Source: Sphaerodactylus townsendi (lineage: Eukaryota). Taken from it: a stretch of 64,000 nucleotides of DNA. A model generated the notes under the pieces. The model was not told the origin of the DNA, made no database searches, and saw nothing but the letters and a program-made list of their open reading frames with translations. The translations under genes and the position numbers were made by a program. This document shows, in pieces, positions 13,271 through 25,823 of the stretch. The stretch's first letter is position 1. Each line of letters starts with the position of its first letter. The stretch covers positions 70,184,001 to 70,248,000 of the forward strand of contig NC_059431.1 of the NCBI RefSeq assembly GCF_021028975.2, in the 5' to 3' direction.

Positions 13271-16200
13271 GTTAAAATGCTACTGAAGGTGGTTGAGGGA
13301 TATGGGGGTCAAAGTTTCTGAAAACAGTAAAAAAACCCTCTTGGATATAAATAAAACAACCCATTACTGCCTGGAGAGCTTAGTGTTGCTCCCTGGATGA
13401 TAGCAAGTCCTAGTCTTTTTATCCTTCTAAGAGTGTTCTTTGGAACTCAAGCTATTATAGATAGGATGTGACACAGAAAGACACTGGTAAAACTTAGGCT
13501 TTCTTTTGGCATACATACCCACTAAATAACTATTCTGATACACTAGGGCTTCATCAAATGCAAGCTATCACAGGTTCTGCACAAATAAGCATTTGAGAAA
13601 GAGATTTAATGTAACCTTTGCCCAAGGACAATGCAAAGCTATTGACAACAGCAAAAATTAGCAGACTGGTATCAAATTCATGTCTTTCCTACGGTAACTT
13701 GAAACTATTAGCCAATGCAACAAAATCATCACTTCCACTGTTAATGAGTCAGGGTCTTTCAGGAATTAGAAGGTGAACAGTATTTCGAACTCTAACAGAT
13801 TGGGCATCTAGAAATGAATATGATTTAAATGCATGCAGCAGAAAACAAAGAAAAATGTTAAATCAGAATTCAGTTTTTTGGATTAAATTTAATTCAAAAA
13901 TAGCAGCTGTGCTCACTGAAGAAATGTATGCTGTGTACTGGCAAGCACTACAGAAAACAGCAGTGCATCATATACTTTAAAGAACCAAGAGAGGGAGCCA
14001 AGATTTTTAACTTAATTTAGGCCCCACCTTTCTCCCAACAGCGACCAAAAGTGGTTTATATTCTCCTCTCAATTTTATCTTTCCAACAACTCTTAGGTTA
14101 GAGGCTGACAGTGTGGGACTTGTCCAAGCAAGGAGAGACCCACTCTGATCATTCCAGCTGGGGAAAATGTGCCGCAATGAAAGCTAGTGTACATTGGAAA
14201 GTAAAAGTATAGGCATGGGGCAAGTAACAACACATATTGGCAGGAAGGCATACGAGCAAGCAGACTTTGCCAAAACATTTTATAATGCTAAGTAAATTAT
14301 TAATTAAGCTGCCACTGATAGAATGTTGCATTTCTTTTTTTTTTTACAAAACAGTAAAATGCTAATTACTATGATGAACGGGGTATGTAGTGAGTTCTGC
14401 AATGAAATTTAATTTAATGTGTCACAGCTCTTGGTGACAACTGTGATACCAAAGTTTTCAGAATTAGAATCTGAGGAAGGGCATTCGTTTTCACAAGCTG
14501 CCACTTCTCAAGCCATAAATGAACAGACTATTTTTGTTGCAATATGGATGCTGTAATTATGGGGAAGAAGGAGCTCAATCCCACTTGAGCAGAGCATCCA
14601 CAATGTTCCTCTAGTGTTTTCTTGGAGGTTTTGGTAAGTTGCCTGCCCCCTTATTCTCGTGAGGCTCTTTGATGTACCAGCTGCTAGAAGGGATATATGT
14701 CATCTGACTCTAATGCAGGATTTGGAATGTATATACTAAATGAAGGGAACCCATAATGCATTCACTGGCACGGCACTAACCCATGAGGATATCAGTCCTG
14801 ATGCACAGTACTGAGGGGACACTAGCTTCTGTACATGTACGCTACTTTTGGCACATGCTGGCCTCTCTGTCTTTCTCTTTGTAGGAAAATCTCTGTTCTT
14901 GAAGTCAGGTGAACAAGAAAGAACAAGCATTAGGACAACATGTAACACCTACCATTTTATCATGCAATAAGACTTATGGGCCAATCCAGAGTGAGTGTGG
15001 GGCACAAAGTGATGTCTGGAGACAATATATGGCTGCACCAACAGATTTGCCACTCGGGGGCACTTACCTTGGTGGAGGGGCAAATCTGCTGGTGGGTGTA
15101 CACTGCAGCCCTCCACAATGCATTATTGCTCCTGTGCCCCCCACCAGCTCTACAGGGTTAGTGGGAGAAGTCCAGAGGTGTGGCCAGGGATAGAGGCAGG
15201 CACTCAGGGCTTGGACTTACATCACCCTTTTGGATGATCTAAGACTAAGTCCATTAAGCATTTCAGCGGGTTTTTTGGCAGCAGGGAGAGGGTTATTTTT
15301 CGCCTTTTTGTGCCACCAAAAAGCTCTCTCTCTCAACCTCCATTCAAAACAATAATAGGGCACAGCTCTGACCTTTTTTAAAAAGCAAGTTTAAAAAAAA
15401 CTAGTACAAGAACAATTCATTCTCTCAGTACTTCTGCTGCTAATCTGAAAGTCATAATTATTCAGCAAAAGAACTGCAAGGGAAGACTACATTCTGAAAT
15501 TCCTGAATTAGAATGTATCAGGAAGTCTGATACCACCATTTAGGCCACAATTGCAAGAATGATTTTCTCTCAAATTACAAGTGTTAAATTAGCTTGTCTA
15601 GAAAGACTGTCTTATCAGCAACTACTGCTAGATACATTTGAACTTTGCAAAGACATATCACAGACTATACCTCTTGCATTTCACTGTACTTCTGACCCCT
15701 TTTTACAATCTTTTTCTGTATGTCCACACATGCTAGCCCAACTGAGCAGGCTCTGAATACATTTGATGAGAACTGTGCTCCACAAGAACTTATGCCAAAA
15801 TAAATTTGAGAGTATTTAAGGTAAACTTGACTTTCTGTTTTGCTGTAAAATACAGTTCCTCTAGAACTGCTGTAAAATACAATTCCTCTAGAACTGAAAT
15901 AACTGGTGAAAGAATGTCATGAAAAGAAATACTAGATTTGAATCAGATAGAAATTCATCAACATGGTGCTGCTTTTGACATATTTCTTTTAGGGTTATAG
16001 CAAGAGGCTCATAAAATTGGACGTTAGCACTGGGGAGAGGGATAAAACGGAAAATTGATTTTGCATCTCCAAGGATGAATAAAATGGAGATAAGTAGTGA
16101 CTTGCTTGTATTAAACTGAAAATATAACCCAAAAAAGTGTGATCATGTGGATACTAAAACAGGAATGCTCTTACTAGGACAGATCTTCCCAAAATGTTAA

Positions 16201-18121
16201 TCTAACAGGGCCTGACTCTTTTGCAGACATTGGCTGAAAGGCAAAGAGTTTTCAGAAGAGTATTTTCCTTTCCTAGTACAAGTGAATTCCCCATTCCTTT
16301 TCTTTTTCACTGTTAACCTTGGTTTTCCTAACCATGACTAGTGTGAATCACAGTTTACACACTCATTTCTAATCATGAATGAAGAATGATGTGTGTAATT
16401 AATGAAAACACCAACAAAGACATAACACGTATCATAATTCGCTCTGAAAAGGAAAGGGGGGAAATAATTTGAATGCAAGAGGGGATGAGTGTGGAAAACG
16501 TGGAAGCCCACAGTGGTCCAGATCTCTTAACCTTGCTTAAAAGAACAGGTTGTATTACATGTGTCTTCTTTCTATTCTTGTTTTACTATAAATGACAAAT
16601 ACATACAACTGTGTACATATATATCAAGAAAAGTTTTTAAATATGTTATTTCTCATGTCTGCTTGCTAGGCCTCCATTTTATCATGAATAGGGGATGTAG
16701 TGGGCAGGACCACAGATTCAGAGAATTATTTTGTTAAGCTTCCTCTTTACGGAAAACTGCACAAAATTTGTTTCTTATCTTTTACTGCTTTTATTGAGAA
16801 AAATTATAGTTATCACCTCAGAATGTAAGTAACAATAAAGAAACTTTTGACAGTGGGAGGGGGTGGAAGAGATTTCTCTATCATTTGAAAGCACTTCCCA
16901 CATGGTTTGCCTGATTAAATACTGTGTAATCTAGATGTTGGAGAAAGTAGCATTAACAGTAAAAATAAACCAGCAATAAGGTAGCTGCCATATCTGTTTT
17001 TTTCTAAAGGAATGTGGCCTGTTTTCTGTTTTTTAAAAAGACATTGCAGTACACAACTGCAGAGAAGGAAAGCCACATCTGGAGAATACACACACAGAGA
17101 AAGAGAATATACTATTCAGTTGGGAAAACATACCACTTGTTAGAAAACCAGTCTAAAGTTTAGATCTTTTTATGAAACATACTGGGAAACACAAAGTCAA
17201 GCTCATCATTTTATTTATCAATTGATCACATTTTCCCCAAAACCATATTTAGCATAGGATTTCCAAGTCCTATAAAAATATACAATTATTGTCCATATTC
17301 TCTGATTCTGAAGTGTAATGGGAAGAAAAATCCACTCTGTATCAGTGCACAGGTTTTTAATTGAGATATATGGTTGCACAATTACTCATCTCAATCAGCA
17401 CAGGAATGTGCCCATTTCCAGGTAAAGCACAAATTGCATAAAACTGTACTGGACCACAAGTTACTGAACTGAATTAAAAAGATTTATTTACTTCTCAATT
17501 TTGTATAAGTCTGGGTAAATTCTCTTCAATTGTAGTTTAAGCTATTCGTGATGATCTTATCGAAGGAGAAAGGGAATTCAAACAGATTTCTAGTTTACAT
17601 TTGCTTTTCTGTAAACATATTCCAGTGTAAATGAAGAGGAGATGAGACATCAGAATTACATGCTCCGATTGTATAAAGTACCTAGCACATTCTTAATTTT
17701 GTTAGAAGCAAATTCAGGAACTAAGGAGGTGAACTGAGATCCGAAGCAGAATTACACACCTAAGTCCACTGAAGTTTTTTGGGCTTAGAAGGACGTAACT
17801 CCGTTTAAGGTTGCACTGTACATGTCTCTAAGCCAAGGACGTAGGTAAGTTGGGGGGGGGGGGGTGTTCCCCCGGTTCAAATCCCCATATTACATGTCTG
17901 AAGCTCCGCCCACCATTTGTGGGTTTTTTAAAGTGTTTTTTTCAGTTTTCGGCCTGCAGTGGGTGCAGTTTTTAGGCTAGCACCACCAAAATTTGTGGGA
18001 TTTGTTGTGAGACTCTCCTGATGATACCACCCAGGTTTGGTGAGGTTTGGTTCAGGGGGTCCAAAGTTATGGACTCCCAAAAGGGATGCCCCATCCTCCA
18101 TTGTTTCCAATAGGAGCTAAC

Positions 18122-18430
18122 TGTAAGGTTGCAGTTCAACCTTGGAAAAGTTCCTGCTGGAGTTTCTGGCGGAACACCCGGGAAGGGGAGTCTTTACTGT
18201 TGTGGTTATCTTGCTTTCACTCGCTTGCCTGTGTGAACCTGTCTGTGTGAGATTCTGTGTGAGAACTGAATTGTTTATCTTCTTTTGTCGGGAGCTTGTC
18301 TGAAGCCCGTATAAGCAGCTGCTTGGGATTTGGGTGTTAGTTCTTGCATTGTCTGTATCCGACTAAGAATGCCAGCTCAATAAAGAACTTAACACGGTTG
18401 CTTTTGACTGGACTTTACTTGTTCGTTACA
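18122..18430 (+). mobile_element. Solo LTR nested in the hAT element
   Basis: TGTAA...TTACA termini, AATAAA near 18379, and a 5-bp TSD CTAAC/CTAAT that splits the host motif GGAGCTAATAG. Confidence 0.75.
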
Positions 18431-18979
18431 CTAATAGAAGATGGGGGCTACACCTTTGAGGGGCCATAATTTTGGACTCCCTGAACCAAACTTCACCAAT
18501 CCCAGGTGGTATCATCAGGAGAGTCTCCTAAAGATATCCTGAAAGTTTGGTGCGGCTATATTAACCACTGCACCCCTGACAGCAGGCAACCCCCAAATTT
18601 CCTCAGATTCTCCTTTGGCATGGATTTAAAGGGATAATCTGAGGTCCTCAGTTTAAACATTGAAAGTGATGCTGTTCCAGGGTGGGGGAGGATCCATCCC
18701 AAAACAGCATCACTTTCAATGTTGTTTTAACTGGGGAGCCAAGATTCTCCCTTTAAGGTGGATTAAAAGGAGAATCTGGGCTCCCTAGTTTGAACACCAT
18801 TGAAAGTGATGCTGTTTGGGGGTGGATTTCAGCATCACAGTGGCTGCCCATTGGGGCGGGCACAAAACTCAGATTTTGCACAGGGCTCCATTTTCCTAGC
18901 TATGCCTCTGCCCGAGGGGAGGGCAGAAGGGACTGCTGGCTGTGAGCCCAGCTGGGGGGGCAGGGCGGGCGGGGCGGCT

Positions 18980-19780
18980 TACCTCATTCGGTCCCATATG
19001 CTGCTGTCTGTTTGGAGGTGGGCCAACATTTACTCCATACAAGAGCATGGTGCATGACTTTCCAATTCTGGATACAATTGTGCTTTAACAACTGCCACAA
19101 AAGTTTCACCTATCTGGCTCTTTCTGTCATAGCCAAAACTGAGTGGTGGTCCTTTGTTGAGGCAAAAATCCATGAAAGGGGTCTATCATTGGATGCATTG
19201 GCTTTAATAACACCAATGAGCTAAAGTTGACTATCAAAAAGAGATTATATGATCTCGAGTATAGTTACCTGATGCAGCAGGCAAATAAACGCTGCTCTGC
19301 CTTGCACTTGGGTATACTGCTAAAACCGTATACCATAGCTAAATATTTCCATTTAGTTTTCGAACCCAAATTGGGACGAGCTCTGACTCTTGCCAGGTGC
19401 AATATTCTCCGTTCAGCTACCACTCAGGGTAGAATACAGAAAGTGCACTTCAATGAAAGACCTTGTCCCTGTAGTTCAGCTTATGAAGAATCAATCCAAC
19501 ACATGATATTACATTGCCTGTTACACAGCTTAGCCAGAAATAAATATCTAGACCAGTGGTTAAAAACCCGCAGTGATAATACTGACATATCAATTCTGGT
19601 AACTATGCTGGATTGTGGATCTGCAAGTGTATTGGAAGTGTTGGCTAACTTTTTGTGCTCTGTCATTAGCAAACAATTATAACTGTACTGGAGATTGTAT
19701 TTATTACACTGGTGTTGCCACTGTTGCTGTTATATTGTTGCTGTTGTTTTAATTATGCCATTAAAGGTTTATATAATCTA
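18980..19780 (+). mobile_element. RTE-X-like LINE 3' fragment nested in the hAT element
   Basis: ORF 19227-19682 RALTLARCNILRS...GR...ERPCPC...ESIQHMILHC (C-terminal CCHC-like knuckle). 3' end TATGCCATTAAAGG. Homologous to 44035-45705. Confidence 0.75.
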
Positions 19781-19989
19781 TAAGCACTGAGGCCAGGGGT
19801 GGGGCTTGGGGAGGCGTGGACCCACGCCCCCGAACCCACCCCATAAAAAATCTATACCTAAGTCACTACTCTAAGCTCCTCAAAATCACCTGGTGTTGTG
19901 ATAATGCCATTATCATTGTGAAGTTTGCCAGGATTTCTATTGCAGTAGAAACCTCGGACATCATATAGGTCCACTATCAACTTGTTCAC

Positions 19990-20290
19990 AATGATCTAGA
20001 ACTTGGGCTGAGCACTGACGTGGCCAAGCTGGCAGATAACTAAAAATTATTCAGAATGGTGAAAACCAAGACTGTCTTTGAAGAGCTAGATTGCAGAGGA
20101 ACTCCACAGATTGGGTAAGTGTGGACAATATGGCAAATGTAATGCATATCACAACCCTATCTCCACCGCAGTTTTAAGTGTATGCTAAAACATCTGAACT
20201 TGCTGAAACCAAGAGAGAAATAGTCCTTAGAACTATAGTGGACAGCTGAATGAAAAATGTCAAACCAGATTGCTACGGCAGTATTAAAGG
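19990..20290 (+). mobile_element. Old CR1 RT fragment
   Basis: GTGGCCAAGCTGGCAGATAACTAAAAATTATTCAGAATGGTGAAAACC resembles a decayed VAKFADDTKLFRMVKT. Confidence 0.55.
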
Positions 20291-21112
20291 TAAACTATAC
20301 GGGGATGATAAAGAAAGTGAAAATAAAATAGCCAATAACATGGAGGGAATGGGTCTTGAACCTGGGTCTTCCAGTAAGAGACTGGGGATGCTGAGCGGAT
20401 CTCTTTCTCTGGATGCCTCTGAGAAAGCTTTTGCCAAATGGGGAGAGAGGGGGAGACCCTGAGAATCCAGAACCTGCTTCCCGCAGTGTTTGCTGTCTGT
20501 TCAGCTTATCCATACTGAGGAAAATGCACTCTCTGTATGCTCAGGAGTACGATCTCTGAGTTTTTGGCAATCCTAATAGATCCAGTCTTGGGGTTCTGTC
20601 TCACCTCCTCTGCTTCAGGCTGGTCCCAGCTTCCTGCAGGAGGATCCTGCCTGCCTTTGCTCCCCGTCCCCTCCAGGAGCTGGGAGTGCAACTCTGGCTG
20701 TTGCTAATTAATCTGCAGTCTTCTCTCTCCTGTCATGGCATACGTTCTGTAAATCCAGACCACTCTCCCCCATTCTTCTCCTTACACAAATTTGGGTTCC
20801 CGTACTGTTGTCTGTGACCAACTGACATTAAACTAATGTGAAGAGAAGGATGGCAGGCTGAAACGGGAACTTTTCAGCAGTGGCACCAAGATTATGATAC
20901 ACCCTTCTCCTGACCTCTCAGGAGGAAAAAAAATTATTTCCTCAAGTTTCCTTTTGGTTCAGTTACTAGTTGAATGGTTGCTTTGGTTTTTACTTTGTGA
21001 TTTAAACCTGTACAGTTGTTTTTTACCTCCCTTACTAATGTATTATAAAGCATTTTTTAAAAAAATTAATTGGGTTATTTCATCATTTTACTTTTAGTTT
21101 GCTTCTATCATA

Positions 21113-22121
21113 CCGTATATACTCATGTATAAGTCGAATTTTTCAGCACATTTTTAATGCTGAAAAAGCTCCCCTCGACTTATACGCGGGTCATTAAAAT
21201 TTTTTGTGTATTTTTATTTTGCCGGCCATCAGGGGGCGCAGTTTTTATGCTAGCGACACCAAATTTTCAGGGTACCCTCAGAAGACACTCCTGATGATAC
21301 CAGCCAAGTTTGGTAAAGTTTGGTTTAGGGGGTCCAAAGTTATTGATCCCCAAAAGGGTGCTCCATCTCCCATTGTTTACAATGGAAGCTAATAGTAGAT
21401 TTTCCATTTCTGATAATATCCCTCTTAAAATCTAAGTTGAGTTACATTTGGACATACAGATGATGATGAAGAATTGTTTTCAATGGGAGCTATTAGTAGA
21501 TGGGGCTACCCTTTTGAGGGTCCATAACTTTGGACCCTCTGAACCAAACTTCACCAAATCTGGCTGGTCTCATCAGGAGAGTCTCTTTATGATACCAGCC
21601 AGGTTTGGTGAAGTTTGGGTCAGGGGATCCAAAGTTATTGATCCCCAAAAGGGTGCCCCATCTCCCATTGTTTACAATGGAAGCTAATAGTAGATTTTCC
21701 ATTTCTGATAATATCCCTCTTAAAATCTAAGTTGAGTTACATTTGGACATACAGATGATGATGAAGAATCCAGTTTTGAAGGATTTTAACTCTTGTATTT
21801 TAGCTTGATTGCTGGTTGAGCTAAGGTTTTTGTACTTTTAAAGTTATTGTTGATACCATATTGTTCTTGTTGACCCTCTTTTCCACTTACAGAGCCAGTT
21901 TACTGTTTTTCTTTGAAATAAATATTCAAAAACATTTAACCTACTGATGCCTCAATTGATGTAATTCTATTGGTATCTATTTTTATTTTTGAAATTTACC
22001 AGTAGCTTCTGCATTTCCCACCCTCGACTTATACGCGAGTCAATAAGTTTTCCCAGCTTTTTGTGGTAAAATTAGGTGCCTCGACTTATATGCGGGTCGA
22101 CTTATACACGAGTATATACGG
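21113..22121. mobile_element. Non-autonomous Tc1/mariner (Tc2-like) element
   Basis: TIRs CCGTATATACTCATGTATAAGTCGA / TCGACTTATACACGAGTATATACGG with TA on both sides. Internal direct duplication of about 180 bp (21290-21470 vs 21590-21770). Homologous to 48462-49492. Confidence 0.88.
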
Positions 22122-22176
22122 TACTTTAAAATTTTTTTTGAAATGTCTGTTACGTGAATTGTTTTTAGTATCATTA

Positions 22177-23152
22177 CTAGTGGGGCCCGGCCACGCGTTG
22201 CTGTGGCAATTGTCCTTCTCATCACAGTCCTCAACCCACACAGATGTCCATGCAGGTCCAATGATCCCCAGCATAGCCTTTTGGGGTGGTCAAATGGAAT
22301 CCCTATTTCCCTCTTCAATGCACATCGTTATATTGTGGTATCTTTTTTTTTAGTATAAGGTAACCCTTTCCATTCCACAATGGAACTGTCCAGAGTGCAA
22401 ATCCCACTGTCCATGAGGCTGGTTGACACGCACAGTCCTGGCTTGGGTAAGGTAGAACTGAGGCAAGCAGGCTATCCCAGTCAGGCAGCAGAGCCGGGGG
22501 GGGGGGGGTGAGGTGCTCAGATCGAGGCCAGCTCCCTGGGTTCTTAAAGGGCCATGTACAAAAGAGGCGGAGCCTGTAGTGTTGGTTCGCCCCCACACCG
22601 CGGATTGTCTTAGAAGAAAAAGGCAAACTCCAGCTCGCTTTTAGTAAAAGAAAGCTGTGGTGAATGTGGGTGAGGAAGTGGGTAAGTGGTGGTTGGATGT
22701 GAGGGAGGGCAGAGTGAGGTGTGTGAGGATGAGCTGGATGTGTATGAGAGTATGTGTGTTGTGTGGTAGTAATGGGTGAGGCACAGAGAGTGAAAGTTAC
22801 CTGCGTGTGAGGGGGGGGACCCCACTGATGTCTCCACAGCAAAGTATGTATGTGTTTCACTTCCACTTGTATTACCTAACAGTATTACCTATTTACTGTT
22901 TTCAGTGCTCATCTCTGGCCATCTGCGCGAACATTGTAAGGGTGACAGTTAAACACAACCAGCTTCATGGCCTGGTGCGCCAGGAAAAAAGATGTTTTAC
23001 CTGGCTCAGGTATTGAATTTCAGCAATGTGAATATACGAAAACCTGCCTGCATTGGAAAGGCACGTTGAGTGAAAATTTGAAAGCAATCCGTCTAGTGGT
23101 TTCGGAGTTAGAGAACGACTCACAAACGGACAGTTTGCTTTTTATATATAGA
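22177..23152 (-). mobile_element. Non-autonomous Helitron
   Basis: On the minus strand: 5' A|TCTATATATAAAAAG, 3' hairpin GCCACAGCAACGCGTGGC, then CTAG|T. Inserted in an AT dinucleotide with no TSD. Confidence 0.85.
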
Positions 23153-24034
23153 TTATTAAGTTGTGAGTATGGGACTGGTGTTCCAACTTGCGTAGTATTG
23201 TTATTATGTTAATTAAACAATAAGCAAATACATTATTCACAGCTACACACATATAAATGTTTTGTGGTCACCAAGCAAATATTTTGATTTTTTTTTTACA
23301 CCTCCCTCATCAAACTTTTTTTCCATAAAAAGTTTGCTTTTCACACTGAGGTCCTGCTAACCACATACGTATTTGACATGGAATTCTGATCAACATGAGA
23401 AAATCAAGTTTTCCTTTGGTAAGTGAAAGAAGAACTGGGTATTATCCTCCACTAAACATACATATCATATATTGAAGACCCATCAAATTTGGATGGGCTG
23501 AGTGGGAACAGAGAATTCCAGGCTTTCCCTGATCCACTTTCCCTTGTTTCTCCAACCTACCCTACCCATAAGTGGAAGCAGGGATATGCACAGGCTTACT
23601 TTCCCCTACTTTTTCTCCCAAATAAATCTGACTTCCAGGCCCAGACAAGGAAGGAAGGAAGGAATGCTTCCATTCACCCTTGAATGCAGAAACAGTGAAC
23701 TGTCCATTTCTCTTTGAATCTGAAGAACGGCTCTTGGATTTGACAAGGATCCTTGGCACAAGTTGCACTTTGTGCAAAACTGAAAGCTTTCTGGGAAAGG
23801 AGGATGGGAATTTCTTCCTCCTCCCTCCACTGGACACCTACTGACAGAGGATGTGCCAGTCATCAGAATTAATAGGTTTTACTTGTAACACAGTGTCCTG
23901 CTAGGTTTCTTAGTCAGAGTGTGACTGAACATTGGGACTGGCTTTTTAATATATTATCAATTATGATAGAGGGATAGTGTTGGCAGAAAGAAGTACACTA
24001 ATAGGAGTGAAAAACTGTTTTTGTACTCGGAACA

Positions 24035-24093
24035 CACTGCAGGGTTGGACTAGATGGCTTGTATGGCCCCATCCAACTCTATGATTCTATGAT
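24035..24093 (+). mobile_element. CR1 3' terminus
   Basis: GGGTTGGACTAGATGGC...CCATCCAACTCTATGATTCTATGAT, the CR1 3' end with its ATTCTATG-type tail. Confidence 0.85.
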
Positions 24094-24175
24094 CTTTCTT
24101 GCAGTTAGTCTTCATATTCTAGCAACGTCTCCATATGAAGCGCTTCCTATTTCCTGTAGGAGTAAATGGCTACTT

Positions 24176-24310
24176 AGAATAGAATAGAATAGAATAGAAT
24201 AGAATAGAATAGAATCTTTATTGGCCAAGTGTGATTGGACACACAAGGAATTTGTCTCCGGTGCATATGCTCTCAGTGTACATAAAAGAAAATACATTTG
24301 TCAAGAATGA
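24176..24310 (-). mobile_element. Rex1/Babar-like LINE 3' end with (ATTCT)n tail
   Basis: Minus strand reads ...ACAAATTCCTTGTGTGTCCAATCACACTTGGCCAATAAAG followed by (ATTCT)8. Confidence 0.7.
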
Positions 24311-25119
24311 CAAATATTATTCTCTTACACAGGAAACAGTAAAAGGGCTTAATCATGACATTTAAGGTAGGTGCATTAGTTTTCTCTAAGACTTGATGAA
24401 CTCTGAAGACAAGCTTTTCCCCATCCCCACAAATTCTAACTACACACCATATATTTGTCTCCAAACTAAAAAAAGTTTTAAAAAACAGTGGAGGCAGTGA
24501 AAACTGAGCCTGAAATTTGTTAACACCCACTCTGAACTTTGTTTCTTGCTTGTGTGACAGAAACACAGGAACTTTAAAAAATATGCATATATAAAATCTC
24601 AGAATGCCTTGATCATACTCTAACATCACCATGAGTTGGGCAGGATTATGCAAACAAGTGTGTGGAAATAGATGTAAACCAGTGCAACTGAGTCCGGGCA
24701 ACAGGTTCTGCGAGCCCCTAAGGTTTCTAAATTCACTCAAACTGATAATGCTAGTTGTCATCGCAATAAGTGTTAAAACAAAATATGTCAGTTCCAGATC
24801 TAAAATTTCACTTCGGGATACCAGCACAAAATTATTCAACAACCTGTACAGTGTCTTGGATTACAATGTTAAAAAAACTATTCATAATATTACAAAACAT
24901 CTTGCATCACAAACTATTTAAATTAAATGGAAGCCAAGCATATTTTACTTTTGCTAGGATTTATTCATAAAAACAGAGTCAATCTATTGACTTCAATGAG
25001 TCTAAGACATGTTGTATATTATCCCTGAAAGCTATAAATCCCAACATGTATTTGATACAGGGTACTGATATACATTTGTAACCAGCAATATAACCCAGAA
25101 TAATGTATCCCTTCCTTAC

Positions 25120-25219
25120 CTTTCATTCCGAACTTTGAGTGTCTTCCAAACTTGAGAATAATGAGCATAATAACTAAGCCAGTGCACACTAATGCAGCAG
25201 TCACCACTACAACATAAAC
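25120..25219 (-). CDS. NTRK2: NTRK2 transmembrane exon (100 bp)
   Basis: Acceptor ttttctcttag|GTTTAT and donor ATGAAAG|gtaagg. Encodes VYVVVVTAALVCTGLVIMLIILKFGRHSKFGMK(G): a hydrophobic helix plus the TrkB RHSKFGMKG motif. Confidence 0.97.
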
Positions 25220-25722
25220 CTAAGAGAAAAGCAAAGCCCATTAAATAAAATGTGATATCTTTTATCTCCTAACCTTTACTTTTATCAGGAAGAAGTGGTC
25301 TCATTAACAACATGTCTGTCATTATTAAAATATTCTTAGTGGGTCTTTGCCTAGAGAAACTGTGGTTTAACCCCAGAATCAGCTGTACCATAACCATATA
25401 AAGATAGTATCAAATATAATTATTTTCAATAGTTAATTATTCAGAATAATTCAACTGATGCTGTAAAAAAAGCCAAAATATTTCAAGCTGTAAATGAGAA
25501 TTGAGTTAAGGAAACTTGGGGAGTCACAATTAAGTAATGTAACATAAAAGTAAATATATGAATAAATCTATGCAAATTGTGCACTGTCTAAAATTCACCA
25601 ACTCTTTGAAATAAACTACCATTAATGTAGTGTCATGTTAAAAGTTAAAATATCACAGTCATCAGACCACTAGTCAGAAAGTCTGCTGAGACAACAAGCC
25701 AAGAAACTATGCATATACTTAC

Positions 25723-25823
25723 AGTGATGCTATCTTCATTGTCGTTTGAAACACCCGTAGAAGTAACTGCATTACTATTATTTGTGGTGTCCTCAAAGTC
25801 ATTGGGTGTGGTCCCATAATCCT
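25723..25823 (-). CDS. NTRK2: NTRK2 extracellular juxtamembrane exon (101 bp)
   Basis: Acceptor ctttcttctag|AGGATTAT and donor ATCACT|gtaagt. Encodes (E)DYGTTPNDFEDTTNNSNAVTSTGVSNDNEDSIT, similar to avian TrkB ...TTPNDLGDTTNNSN...NEDSIT. Phase 1 to 0. Confidence 0.93.

Larger units (their letters stand above)
17834..19868. mobile_element. Non-autonomous hAT element (same family as 3834-4933) with a nested solo LTR and a nested LINE fragment
   Basis: TIRs CAAGGACGTAGGTA / TACCTAAGTCACTA. Perfect 8-bp TSD CTCTAAGC. Colinear with 3834-4933 outside the two insertions. Confidence 0.9.

Noticed and set aside
20290-20820. Possible further LTR remnants (also about 33100-33700)
   Set aside because: The composition is suggestive, but I could not define TG...CA termini or TSDs.
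24273-24842. 189-aa minus-strand ORF just downstream of the TM exon (also 27012-27509, plus strand)
   Set aside because: No homology cues, a non-ATG start and intron-like composition. Read-through of the TM donor stops at 25019, so it is not joined to TrkB.
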